A stretch of DNA of 48,659 nt, counting the filler, from Sphacelaria rigidula (Eukaryota), in NCBI GenBank assembly GCA_964200075.2. It is 3 parts of 3 records of this genome, joined end to end, with 100 filler letters (N's around TTAATTAATTAA, not from the genome) between each part and the next. Parts side by side here need not be neighbours in the genome. Positions count along the whole stretch, not along the records: positions 16,257 to 32,408 come from CAXNAA020001460.1; positions 32,509 to 48,659 come from CAXNAA020001461.1; 1 more part is not named here. One strand, 5' to 3'. Numbering within the stretch: position 1 is the stretch's first letter; each line of letters opens with the position of its first letter. The notes beneath the pieces were generated by a model. It was not told where the DNA came from, ran no database searches, and was given only the letters and a program-made list of their open reading frames with translations. Position numbers and translations under genes: made by a program. Below, piece by piece: positions 22,862 to 34,791 of this stretch.

Positions 22862-25800
22862 GTGATTCACAGTACAGAGGACTGTGTGTGGTTGTTCGAC
22901 TGTTTAGAGCCTGCGGCTGAATTCCCCGGTATGTTGTCCGTCCTCTGCACCGTGTCTGCATAATATGGGCGAGATGATGTGCCATGCACTCTCTGGTGTC
23001 CTGTTGTAGTGTTCCATCTACTACTCCTGTACTGCACTCCGCAGCACTGCAGCACCTCGTAGCGACGTGTGTACTGTACTGTTGCAGTGGACCACATATC
23101 ATGCTCTACTCTGCTGAATTCGCTTTGCGCGGCTGCGACTGTCTGCAGTAGCGTACCCCGTTCAGGACAGCACAGTTCCTCGTGATTGTTGTATCAACTG
23201 GGCGTGGATCAGGGCCCTTATTCTCTCGTTCATACGATTGATGCTCGAGTAGGTGAATCTCCTCGCCACTGTCGTTCTACAATACTACTGCTGTCATGTA
23301 CAGGAAACTATTGTCCACTAAGGAACAGCACCGCACGAGCTTAGTGTTCCTGCTTCTCCCATACCGCACAGCTGTACTTGGAAAACCAGTACCCCGGCTC
23401 TTAACACCCCATACGTTTGCCTCTGTGCTTGCTGAAGAAAACGCAAGCTGTATTGTATCTGCATTTCTCGTCGGCTGTTTATTGATGGCTTCGCGTCTCA
23501 TTTTCGTCGAGTGCAAGATTCAAGCATATTACCCAATTACGAAATCCTCCCCTGTACTCGTTCCACACATTCAAAAACCGGTCGCCCCGGTGGCTCAGTT
23601 AGTAACCTCGAAACCTTCTGACGGTTGGGTTGTAGGTTCAAATGTTGCAGTGATGTGGGATTTTTTCTCACACCATACCCAAAAGTGGAGAGCGACTACG
23701 TCGTGGGTACACAAAATTCGACTTGACCCTTGAACCGCGAAGTTAGTCTTCCATTGAATCGGCATCAATTTCAACTGAAACAAAGTATGCATGATCCAGA
23801 AAGACTAATCTCGCGGTCTAAGGGTCAACGGTCGACGGGGGGAAGGGACTGCTAAGCTGAACCCCTCTCGCGATCAAGAAATAGAGGCAAGCACCGCAGA
23901 AAGGTGGGGTACTAAAAACAAATGAATGAAAACAGCTCCCGTGTTGACCTTCCTCCTGTGTGACCCCGGCTGATGCGCCCATATATATCAAAAGGTGTAG
24001 ACCGTCGTCCAGAATAGAAGAGACGACAATATGACACACACACTCGCTCATGCACGACGTATCAATTTCCTTCGTTCAGTACGATCCCGGCCATGGTGGC
24101 TTGTGAGATACGCTTTTACGTCACACTATTCTTCGCCTTGTATTTAACATGCGCAGGTACGATCGAGCCATCACGGTGTTCTCACCAGATGGGCATCTTT
24201 TTCAAGTGGAGTACGCCATCGAGGCGGTGAAGAGGGTGAGCGGAAGTTGGCTCCGTGTAGTTATGCAAACTGAAACACCGCACCGCATGAAGCCGGCCGC
24301 TACGCCGTACCGGTTGGCATCCATGGGTGGGCAGGGGGTGTACCTTATCGCAATCAAGTCAGTGTTGTCTGTGCGCAAGATGCCTCCAATGAGAATGACC
24401 GTAAGTTTGCGTGTCTTAGCATCCCCGTGCGGTCGTTTTTCTATAATTTCGTTCTTCGCTGTTCGTCGCACCCCTTCACCATTACTCCGTTATGGGCGAT
24501 GACCCCGTTATCTGTGGAAGAATCAAATCCAACCTTTGGTTGTGCTATTCAACGGACCAAATGAAACGACAGCGGTGAGACCGGGGACTAGTATTTGTGT
24601 TTACTCATTCTCCTGTGTTGACCGCCACGATGCCATGAACAGCCGTGTAAAGCCCACGATGAAAACCGCGATCTACCATCACTGACCATTAGACCGCAAG
24701 AAATGCCCCGGAATCACTCGCGGTACTCGAAGTCGGGTTCTTCCCGGGTTAATCTCACCCCTGTGCGATGACTCTGATGCCTGTGCGATTCGAAGTAAAC
24801 CATTCGCTTTTTCAACCCTTGGACCGCGAGCGTCGCCTCATAACAGTTTCACCGGCTGACAGTCCGGGGACATCAAGATGTTTCCAGGTTGTGGGGGGAT
24901 CTCTTCGCATATCAGCCGAAAGTTCATCAAGTCAACCATGTGTGTTAGTTTTTCACGAAAAAGCCAAAGCCAGGAACGAGGCTCGAGAGAACGGTGTTGC
25001 GCTACAGAAAGAAAAATACATTTCTTCGGAACACAATCTGACCGCCTTTTCCTTTAGTGCGCACTGCTGCAGTGCACATCATCAAATATAGCGACGTGGA
25101 ACTGTTGACTGCGGTTTACACAGCATATGAGCCAAGTTTCAACGCCTCGCAGGGGCAACAGCGTGCGTAGGGCCGTGCGTCACGAACTGCGCAGCTCTAC
25201 AGACTGTATGCCAATCGGTACACAACAGATGTTCATGATCCAGGAAGGGTCGCAGTACAGACCCGTGTCAGTTTCCCACCACATCGACCGCCCAGCGGTT
25301 CATCATGTCTAAGTATGTGCATCTGCGCGTGTATACATGCATTCGCCTGTAGTGCGCAAGGTCTGATTGATTGATCTATCGTCGCACTTTAACTGACTCC
25401 CCGGGGTCCAGCCGTGGTCTCATGATGGACGTACCCAAGAAAAATGAAGCTCAAACACGCTCTAAGGAAAAAACTGGGCTGATGTATAGCCGATTTGAGA
25501 GCGCATGGACGGCATTCCCCGAAATCGCTTGTAGCCATGTTGTAGGAAAGTCTGGAGCCCAATTGCGCGGATGCTTCGCGCATATGCTGTCTGAGTTGTG
25601 TCCGACTAGTGTGCAAAGTTTCATGATGGAACGCGCAGTCGCAGGCGAGAAATCCACATCCAAAGTTGCACTGGAAATCGGGAATTCACCGCTGGAAAGT
25701 ATCCAAATAAACATAAGATGGGGTTACGCCCTGGTTACGCCGCATATCAGATGCGGTTACGCAGTATCATGGTATGAGTACTGTCTGTAGACCGTGCATT

Positions 25801-28800
25801 GCATCAGCGTATTAAACTGCACTTTATTGTGGCCATGGCGGAGTTTCCAAATTTCAAAGCCATCAGCTGCGCCGCCAGACATGGATGCAAACGATCGTGC
25901 CGTTCTCGTTTTGTTCGAAAGCAATTGAGATGCTTATTTTTCAGGCGGATTGCACACTCCATATATTACGCCCTAGGGGTGGTGATGCGCTTGAACGCGA
26001 AGCGTGGTTGCCACCTATCGTCATACCATGGGGCCCGCAAGGCACCCGTACCGAGCGACACCCAACGCGGGACATGGTGACGTCCTCAGCCTGCAACTTA
26101 ACCAGCCTTGAACGTAGCTTTTCAGATATACCTCGTGTTGGGTTGTAGATCCCCCCTCTGGGATACCTCGCTCGCGTAGACTACACCTGATGCTCGGATG
26201 GTTCCAGCTGATAATTTATACACCCACTGTTGTATGCGAAAATCGGCACACATTGGACTTTTTTTTCTTTTGGCGCAACGCTGGGAACGGAGTAACCATA
26301 TTCAGAGCTGTAATTGGTCACTATTGTCAATATGCCACATCCCAGATAGACTACAGATGGACTACCTCGCCGGCTAGCCGTATTTCTCATTTTGGTAATG
26401 ACAACTCAATCATAGCTGAAATGGGCATAACCAACTTGCTTTTTCACTCTGCTCGTGATCCTTGCCGCCCGCCTTACCCCTCTTGTGTTGGCAGCGAAGC
26501 TTGGCACCGTAGTGTTGTTGTGGGACACTGGGCAGAGGTATCAGCAGCGTACAGTAGACTGTCTTCGGTGGAGAGTGATAACACGCTGACTGTTTCTTGC
26601 CGTTGTATCTAGCTAAGACATACAGCACACATGCCGACTCCTACCACACTTGACTGCAGGGTAACAACCGGGGCTCTCCGTGACTATCTTCTAAGTAAAT
26701 GCCCAACATCCACATGTTCATAGAAAGAGGTGTTTCGTGTAGCGAGAAAACAGCTGTTCTGGACTCCAAATGTGACATAGTCCACCTGAGTCCATTTGAG
26801 GGGGGTAAACCGTCTAAGGGTTAACGCACCCCTGGGCCGAAACCCGGATATGTTCAGAGGCCCCGGTATGTGCCAAGACCGCCATTCTTACGGTAGTCCT
26901 CACTTCGTTGATGATCAGTACGTTTTCATCCCTTCCCCATTCGTAGTTGCCAAGTTTTGTATGTGATGACATATATGATTAGAGATAGTCCCCACGGTGA
27001 GCCAGTGTCGAGTTGGCAACCATTTTCTCGTGGCGGTTGCCGTTGAAACGTTGCGAAACACCTCATCCTTATAGAAACGCCAGTGCAACTCTCGTGTTGT
27101 TCTGAATTGGGGCATTTCACTCCTAGGTTTACTACATCACAACGTCGACTCCCTCCCCGACGGGCAGGCAAGGGCGGTTTTCCATTTTTATAAGTATATC
27201 TATGTTTGGCCGCATGATGTTTTTTCAACTTCCATAAAAGGCAAATATCCTCTTTTTAGCTGTTCTGATCGTACCCACTATCCGCCTTCGATCCTGGCAT
27301 CCATCACCCTTCCACCCAATTCCATCGCCTAATGCCCGCACTTTTTAGAACATACTGAAGCAAAAGCATTTGGCAATTTCACGTTTGGCTCGTATGTCTG
27401 TGTGTAGGGATCTTCCGTAGTGTGCGTCAAGGGGAAGGACTGCGTGGTGCTCGGGGTGGAGCGGCGAGCAACTGCCAAGCTCCAGGATTCCCGCACGATC
27501 CGGAAGATCGTCAAGTTGGACAGCCACATCACGCTTGCCTTCGCGGGACTAACAGCAGATGCGCGGGTGAGTCTTGAGTAGGAAGGAGGCAAAGATAGGA
27601 GACGGCCCGGTGGCTTACATTGAAGGAGGGATATGTTTGATCAGGTGTGAATTTGTGCGTTGGTGATTGTTGAAGTGATGCGTTCACGTAAGATGACTTG
27701 GTTGTCGTCGGCAGAGTTGAAAGTACGTCGAGGAAACTGTGTTGTGTTGGTGGAGCGGTGTGGTTGCGGTTGAGGTCTGTATGTGTACTGGCGCAAGATA
27801 CGTCCCTCCCGAGATACTGAGGCTGAAAGAGTGAGGCCTTTAGCATAATGCGGTTGCAGGTTGTCGTCTAGGTGTTGGCGAGAGCTGCTGTGACTTGGTT
27901 ATGATTTTGATCAGTTGATCTGTTGTTATTGTTACACACGAACTGATCCACTACAAAGCAAGCCTTGATCGCAAGACGGACATACCCAGGGTGACATAGT
28001 TGGAGATGAATATATCGAGATTCAAAACATGCAAGATGTACCAGATAGTACATCGAGACGTGATTGCGTGGATACAGCAGGTAGACTGCCCACCCACCCC
28101 CACCCACCCCAACTTGATCCAGAAATATCGATGTGTCCTTGCTGTGTGTATCGCCATTGTCACAGGTGCTCATAGACAAAGCACGACTGGAGTGCCAAAG
28201 TTACCGACTCACGTGCGAAGACGCTCCTTCCATTGGTGAGATCGACAACCGCGGCGACAGCGCCCACAGCGCATTATTCCTGGACCATCTGATTGAGTAG
28301 GCAACGTCGAATGGCTGGCGACGCGGAAATGAGGGACTCAAACACGAAAAATTTGCCACTTTCCCCAATAACGGGCGTTGGTTCGTCCACCAGTTCTCTC
28401 ATTGCGCGCGACTTTCGATACCGAATGTTGCAGTACACCAGTATCATCAAGGTGATGATTGATCATTGCAGCAGCTCAACACCCTCTCAGGGAAGTGTCA
28501 CCACGCCCTCTTTGCTCCCGCTGCCACCGCGCTGCCGTACTCATGTAAGGGAGGCAATTGCGGTATCGGTACAGATGGCCCAGAATTTAGTGAGTTGTTT
28601 ATATCCGCTATGACGTGTAAATGAATTGTTTCCATACTGTATATTCCACTGCCTTTTAGTACATACCTGAGGCACATCGATCTTTACCCTTTCCCCCTCC
28701 CTCCTCGTTTCCCCTCTCCCTCTCGAAAGTGATGCGTAGTCAATGGTCAAACGACTAGGGCAAGCAACAAATGAGTACGCCCCCCCCCCCCCCCCCACCC

Positions 28801-30188
28801 TCTTCGTTACCACTCCTCTTGGGCATTTCATGTCGCAGAGTACGTCGCCCGTTTCATCGCGCGGACACAGCAGCGCTACACACAGCGCGGAGGCATGCGA
28901 CCGTTCGGTGTTTCCTCAATCCTGGCAGGCTTTTCAGCGGATGGGCAGCCGCAGATCTACCAGGTGTGTAAACTGACGCGCCTGAGTGTGTAAACTGACA
29001 CGCCATCGATTCCCGCATGATCTCGATGAAACCTCCCTCATATACCGACCACGTCAGCGTGCAGTGCCAGATATCGATGAGTCGTGGTATACTCGCATTT
29101 TATATCCACGTGTTCACCGTGCAACCATGATATCAACGTCTTGAAGAAAAAAAAAGAAGCTGAGCTCCATAACTAATAGTCTGTCTGATGACCATTGGCG
29201 CGGACGATCCGTTTTGTTCTTGATTCTCCGGAGCTTCCCAAAACTGGCGAAATAAGTAGACAAACCGCCGCCCCCTCCTTCGAATCGCGCGACGTCGCGG
29301 TGGTCTACGTTTTTCTCGGCTTTAATCGTTGTCGTCTGTAGACGGACCCGGCTGGCACCCACTCGGCCTGGAAGGCTAACGCGATTGGTGGAAACAACAG
29401 CAACAACATGCGCGAGTTTCTTGAGAAGAACTGGGCCAACGAGATGGACGAGGCTGGGGCCATCAAGCTTTGCATGAAGGTGAGACAGGGGGACGAACCA
29501 CGTCACATTCTCGCGTTTAGTGCACCCGTGTTGCTCTGCGTATGCACGTTTTGGGATATCGTCGCATCGGGTGTTCACCATCGGCGTTTAGGGTCACGTA
29601 ATGGCGGTGCGTCGCGTAATCGTGGGTACTGTGTACCATCTTCGCGGTGTGATTGGTGATGGACTGTTCGTGAATCCAGAAATGAAGTCACTTGTAATGT
29701 GTGTGTGGACCATACTGAGTGCGGCCTCGTCTGTACTCCGTATTTACGCACTGCTGTGGTACCCTCCCCCTCTACCCCCCATGGTGAGACATCCATGAGG
29801 CAGTGAAAAAGCCATGACTGTCTCTGAAAGTGGCGATACCATAAAATGACATAACCCATTGTTCGCTGTCATCCATATGCAAGGTACGTGATACGCTCTG
29901 AGTGGGAAAATCTTGGCAGGATGCAGGTCACCCTTCATGCGACCCGCCGAACACATCATCGCACTTTGCGCTTAATGACTGCGAGCCTGGTCGTGCGAAA
30001 ATTCATCGTGCTCCATCCCGACTGTGTAGGGATACGACGTCAATGCTTCTATGACCATGGGGTGCAAGGTCATGAATACACCCTCTATCACCTATTTTTT
30101 CACGTGCAAACAGGCGTTGCTAGAAGTGGTGGACTCGGGGGCGAAAAACATGGAGATCGCAATCGTGAGGTTTCAGAAGCCGATCGAG
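22851..30188 (+). CDS. PSMA7: 20S proteasome subunit alpha-4 (alpha type-7), spliced: join(22851-22861,24157-24235,27408-27566,28166-28235,28839-28963,29342-29479,30114-30188,...); terminal exon not found
   Basis: [31 protein letters not shown]...[49 protein letters not shown]...[16 protein letters not shown]...[18 protein letters not shown]...[16 protein letters not shown] are diagnostic alpha-4/PRE6 motifs; all phases consistent. Confidence 0.96.
23578..24043 (+). mobile_element. tRNA-derived SINE, family A copy (interrupted by a MITE)
   Basis: Head CCGGTCGCCCCGGTGGCTCAGTTAG (A-box) ... GGTTCAAAT (B-box); body homologous to 1986-2361 and 44438-44662; ACACACAC tail. Confidence 0.78.
23727..23824. 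mobile_element. ~98-bp MITE with CCC...GGG termini (piggyBac-like)
   Basis: Left CCCTTGAACCGCGAAGTTAGTCTTCC pairs with right GAAAGACTAATCTCGCGGTCTAAGGG; flanked by TTGA/TCAA; absent from the other SINE copies at this position. Confidence 0.7.
24157..24235 (+). CDS. PSMA7: PSMA7 exon
   Basis: [26 protein letters not shown]|gtgagc. Confidence 0.96.
27408..27566 (+). CDS. PSMA7: PSMA7 exon
   Basis: tgtag|GGA TCT...GCG CGG|gtgagt; [53 protein letters not shown]. Confidence 0.96.
28166..28235 (+). CDS. PSMA7: PSMA7 exon
   Basis: cacag|GTG CTC...ATT G|gtgaga; [23 protein letters not shown]. Confidence 0.95.
28721..28800 (+). mobile_element. LINE 3'-end fragment with C-run tail
   Basis: tctcgaaagtgatgcgtagtcaatggtcaaacgactagggcaagcaacaaatgagtacg followed by a C-run. 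Confidence 0.7.
28839..28963 (+). CDS. PSMA7: PSMA7 exon
   Basis: cgcag|AG TAC GTC...TAC CAG|gtgtgt; [41 protein letters not shown]. Confidence 0.95.
29342..29479 (+). CDS. PSMA7: PSMA7 exon
   Basis: tgtag|ACG GAC CCG...ATG AAG|gtgaga; [46 protein letters not shown]. Confidence 0.95.
29781..30086 (+). mobile_element. Family C SINE-like element
   Basis: Colinear with 11514-11824 (reverse complement) from the same first bases ATGGTGAGAC to the ...CATGAATACACCC end. Confidence 0.65.
30114..30188 (+). CDS. PSMA7: PSMA7 exon
   Basis: aacag|GCG TTG...ATC GAG|gtaaga; [25 protein letters not shown]. Confidence 0.94.
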
Positions 30189-30551
30189 GTAAGAGCTGCG
30201 TTGCCGAAATATATGTGGGCACAGATTGCTCTGCTTCGCAATCGCGCTTCCAATTTTCTATTTTCCTTTTCCTTTGTTACGGCCTGTCTTAGGCCGCTTC
30301 TTATAACAGACAAAAATAAAACCCTGAAAGAGTGCTCTTTTGAAGCTTTCACTCGTTTTAAGCCATAAGAGAGAGCTAGGCGGACTTTGACACCTTGGAA
30401 TGATTTGCTCTACTCGTTTTTAACCCAAAATTATAATTGGCGCGCGGAGAAGAATGCAACAGGGTAAAAACCATTTTTTTCGATCGAAAACATGCGGTCG
30501 AAAGGCACGAAGCGGCACTTGACTCCTATTTTCTAGACCACCAGAAGCGAT

Positions 30552-30855
30552 CTGAGGATTTGTACGTGAACAATGATTGGTACTATGCAGATGCCGCTAA
30601 CCCTAACCCCAACCAAGGTATATACCGAGAATCCTCGGGTAAGGGGGTGCAGAGTGTTCCCCAGGCAAAGTGTGCGTTGCCAGAGCTCAAATCGACGCCT
30701 TTCAGCCGATTTTGGACCAAAACACGTTCTGGACGAGCTGGGTCTACTGCTCACCACCGCTCACCTGCCCCAGACCATGAATTTTCTCATAACTTTGTTC
30801 AGTCTGAAACCAAGTAAAATCGAGTACCAACGATTGTCCACGTACAAATCCTTAG
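30552..30855. repeat. Inverted-repeat element containing a telomere-like motif
   Basis: 33-bp arms at 30552-30584 and 30823-30855 (about 4 mismatches); CTAACCCTAACCCCAACCA at 30597-30615. Confidence 0.65.
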
Positions 30856-31617
30856 CTCTACTGGACCACCACGCCAAACCTGTTCACAGGGCCATGCAAA
30901 CTCCATCCAACTCTTTCTCAGCTACCACCGCAACCCTGCAGCATAGAGCACGAGTTGAGCACAGGGATGGATACCCTACAGTAGTCGGGTATGCTTTGTT
31001 ATTTTTTGTTGGCGAAAACGTGCGCATCTTCTCTCATGGTAGGCATCAGGGACGGAACTAAGGTACGATAGACAACCGAGTTGCGTACACGCTCATGGAC
31101 AGTGCAGGCAGTACAAAGCTGCACTTTGCTGAAGTTCCTTTCACATCGCATTGTAAGCGGAGAGAACTGATGGTCCTGGGCTGCCTGCACTGCAAGTTGT
31201 CCGCTTCTCCTTTATATCCTCCTGCACGAAACACGCACGCATGTACTCAAGACACCCTTCTTGCAAGCAGTGCAAACAGTACAGACTGTCTGTACTCTAC
31301 ACGAGTGACCATGTACCGTTTCACGAATTTCACTGTCTTTTTTTCACGGAAAGCTTGAAAATCCATCTTCACCCAACTGCATCAAAACAAGAAATTTTGC
31401 TCAGATCGATTCCACTGCTTCATTTTTTCGCTCGAGAAAACAAGTGCCAAGAAAGGCCCGTAGGCTACTTGTTATTTGTGTATAAAAATATATATATAAC
31501 TTGTTAAAAAGTGCTTTTTTTACACTTCTCCGTCGTTTTTGCCCCGAGAAGAGGTCTCAGCGGATGTTGACATCTCAGACCGTTCCAGAGCTCCTTTGCG
31601 TTTTCCGTAGGTCGTAG

Positions 31618-31784
31618 TGTAGTGGCTGAGAGGACCGCACCGTAGCTCGAAACACCTCAGTTTCGACGTTTTCCAAAACCTATCGGGCCAGTCCCTGCGG
31701 GTACCACGATCCTGACCCCAGCACTAACCCTAACCCCAACCATAGGGCTGTTCAACTTCCGACGCGGTCCTCTAAAGCATTACA
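31618..31784. repeat. Second inverted-repeat element containing the same telomere-like motif
   Basis: TGTAGTGGCTGAGAGGACCGC pairs with GCGGTCCTCTAAAGCATTACA; CTAACCCTAACCCCAACCA at 31724-31742. Confidence 0.6.
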
Positions 31785-32408
31785 ACAGTTTCGTTCTTGG
31801 CCAAAAATTAGACAGTACAGTCATGGGTAGGAATTGCAGATCTCCGGTACTATATTCATGGAAAGTGCAAGCTGAACGCTACATGCGTCAGAAGTGGCCG
31901 GTAATCCAACGAGTCGTACAGTATCAACGGAAAATATAACCGTCAACTACAAATGATTTGGGTCATATGAAATAAACTATATTTCTGGTACATTTCTTCA
32001 AGTCTGGGGGTGGTCGGTGTTGAAGTGATTTTGTTCCTCCCAAAAGCTCGCTCTACATCAATAGATGGACAATCTTGTTGCACTAGCGAGTGTCCTGCCT
32101 TTGTCTGTATCAATCGGGAAGCACACGCCCCGGAGCTGCCACCCCACGTTCACCGTCATTGCGAAGATGACAAGACAAGAGCACGAACCGCAGCTGTTGT
32201 GGCCGCTACACACCATCGTAACTGTAGTGAATGCGCATGGCGAGTATCCTTTGAAGTGTCGAACTACAGAGAGAGAATTGACAGAAGAAAGACAAAGCTG
32301 GCGGCTGCTTCATGTCAGGGCTCCAGTGCAGAAAGGTCCTCTAGATCTTGTGTGTATGCGGGGGGCTGTCAAGTGCCGTGGACCGTCCGCACGAGAAGCA
32401 GCAGCAGA

Positions 32409-32508
32409 NNNNNNNNNNNNNNNNNNNNNNNNNNNNNNNNNNNNNNNNNNNNTTAATTAATTAANNNNNNNNNNNNNNNNNNNNNNNNNNNNNNNNNNNN
32501 NNNNNNNN
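32409..32508. other. Artificial contig-joining spacer N44-TTAATTAATTAA-N44
   Basis: Identical 100-nt structure to 16157-16256. Confidence 0.97.
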
Positions 32509-32585
32509 TCGCTCCGAGAATTGAACCCACGACCCACCCGCCAAAAGGTTTCGAGGTTACCAACTGAGCCACCGGGGCGACCGGT
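32509..32585 (-). mobile_element. SINE family A head, truncated by the gap
   Basis: Reverse complement reads CCGGTCGCCCCGGTGGCTCAGTTGGTAACCTCGAAACC...GGGTTCAATTC. Confidence 0.75.
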
Positions 32586-34662
32586 GATAGACGCAATAAT
32601 TGAAACTGTACGCTGTACACTTTTTTACAATGTAATCTATCATCCAGGGTGTGGTTGTTAGTAAGTCACCGTTTCCGAAACCTTAGTGTTCAGCGCGGGG
32701 GAAATGTCGGCTAGGCTCCTCTTTGTGAGGTGATGCACAGTATCCGTCCAAGACACACGGTGGCAGTATTCCCTTTCTCCTATTTCAGAGCCGAAATCAT
32801 CACAAAGTGTCGCAGAACTCAAACTTCCAACTCGGCTTCTGGTATCGCTATAAAAAGCTGCCGGACCCTGCGAGCGTCTGCATGTGGAGACCGGTGTGTG
32901 ACGCTCGTATTGCAAGGGTGAAATAACGCCGATTGAACGTAGTGATTCCTCTGTGCAATCGAAGGGTTGGAAACAAGCGAGAATCGCGTCAAAATATGGC
33001 AGAGATGACGATTCTCGAGGGCACAGATGATCATCATCAACACGAGCATATGATCGCAAGCGAGCCATACAGTACCCACCAACTCAGGTTATTACCGTCA
33101 GCAACGCCTACGTGGGATACAGGACCGGCGTATTCCTAGAGACGGCACGCAAAAATGAGCAGCTGTTTGACCATTTAGCCGAGTCGATCAGTTTAAAGCA
33201 GAAGCAAAAGCTGTTCGCCGTAGTAGGAGCACTCAAGCACCCTGTTCGACAATGTCCGATGCGTCAACCAGATGTCTTAGCATGCACGGTTCTGGGCACT
33301 AAAAACAGCAGCCGTTACCGGAAATCGACCTGCTCGCCAGCAAAATGCGAAAAAACAGTCACCTGGCAGTACCGCAAACTGGTAGATTGGGTCAGAAAAA
33401 AACTGGCTTAGAGCTGTGAGCCTCCGTTTCCTTGCGAGACCCTCCATGACGTCTATTTCGTTTATCTCGGTGTCATAGGTGCCTGAAGGTGAGCCGGGAC
33501 GTCGCCGTTCCCAACATGGCATTGGTCCCTTTTCTCACGAATATTCGTCTTTTGGTGCATATATCGAACACAGTAACTCCACAATGTAGCCGGTTTTGTC
33601 ATACCTCAAACCACAGCTTATAGAGGATAGAACCATCTTCGATCGAATTCTCCAATTTCGAGATGCTGGACACAATTTTGACCCCAACACAGGAAATATC
33701 GAGCCAAGTTATTACGACGTTCTAGTGTAGTCAAGACCACATTCTCCCCAGAACGCCTTTAGCTCTTCAAAAAATAAAAGGCCCGTTTTTTATTTTCAAA
33801 TTTCCATTGCTATCTCCATGCTATATTTCAAATCACAGTTCCAAGAATTGAGCTGAAAACCTTAGATAAAACCCAAGACTAATGTCCATATTTCCTTGAA
33901 ACTCCCCCAAGAAGGTAAAAAATCAAATAAAAAATCGCAAGAAGCTGAAGTTTTGTTTTCTATTATTTCCTAGCGATTCTCCATACCAAATTTCAGAGCA
34001 CGACCCCTCTAAAACTGAGACACGAAGTCCAGACACATTGTATTTAGTATCTCTGCTCGCAAAGTATTGATTATAGTATAAAACCTCATGTGCGCCACGT
34101 CTCGAGATAGATGGTAGATTAGGTGAAGGTGAGGGTATTGACCGTTTCCCCGTGCTCCAGGATTCCACATAAAAAATCGTCATCGTCCGCTGTATGCATC
34201 GTTTGGGGTTTCGTATAGCATGGCCCCTATCTCCATACGGTATAGGAATTACTGTTTAGACATTGCGTTTGATCGACAAGAAAGATACGGCCCACTCTGT
34301 TGAGCACATGGGCATCTTACCCATGATCAAATAATTTATACGACATGCGGATCACGGCCCAACTCGTCTACGTCGATGAGACATTATTACTTTGAGAGCT
34401 TTGAACCCGTGTCTAGGCTGGATCAACTCGTGTACAACCAGTTGGATTTCCGGTCAGAAGCCGATCTCGAAATCCCGGACCCACTTGGATCGGAAAGGTG
34501 GGCTAGACTCCTCTCAGTGGTGTGATGCGCAGTGTTTGAGATAAGTGGTGACCGTACTCTCTGTTTTGGGCTCGAAAACTGTGTGGAAATGCTCCAAAAG
34601 ATAAACGCCTACCGACACATATCCAACCCTCATCACACGTGGCCGGCGATACACAGACCCAC

Positions 34663-34791
34663 CTTATGTTGACTTCGTCTGGCGACCCGTCGACAATGAA
34701 CCCCTTCGTGATCTTCTGGAAATGAGCGAGGTCCGTATCCTCTTCGGAGGGATTGATTTCCATGCTATCGTTGACTGTGCGCCTTTGGTAC
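34663..34791 (-). CDS. RGS-domain exon
   Basis: ccgcag|G TAC CAA...AAC ATA AG|gtgggt; YQRRTVNDSMEINPSEEDTDLAHFQKITKGFIVDGSPDEVNI. Confidence 0.85.

Noticed and set aside
23578..23655. tRNA gene (A-box and B-box present; also at 2290-2361 and 32509-32585)
   Set aside because: No acceptor stem or cloverleaf, and it is joined to the same ~300-bp body in several copies, so it is a SINE head.
28964..29004. 22-bp tandem duplication at a PSMA7 donor (gtgtgtaaactgac x2)
   Set aside because: A simple local duplication; using the second GT would shift the frame, and nothing suggests function.
32590..34400. ORFs as the missing last RGS or PSMA7 exon
   Set aside because: No candidate had both the right phase and RGS or proteasome C-terminal character.
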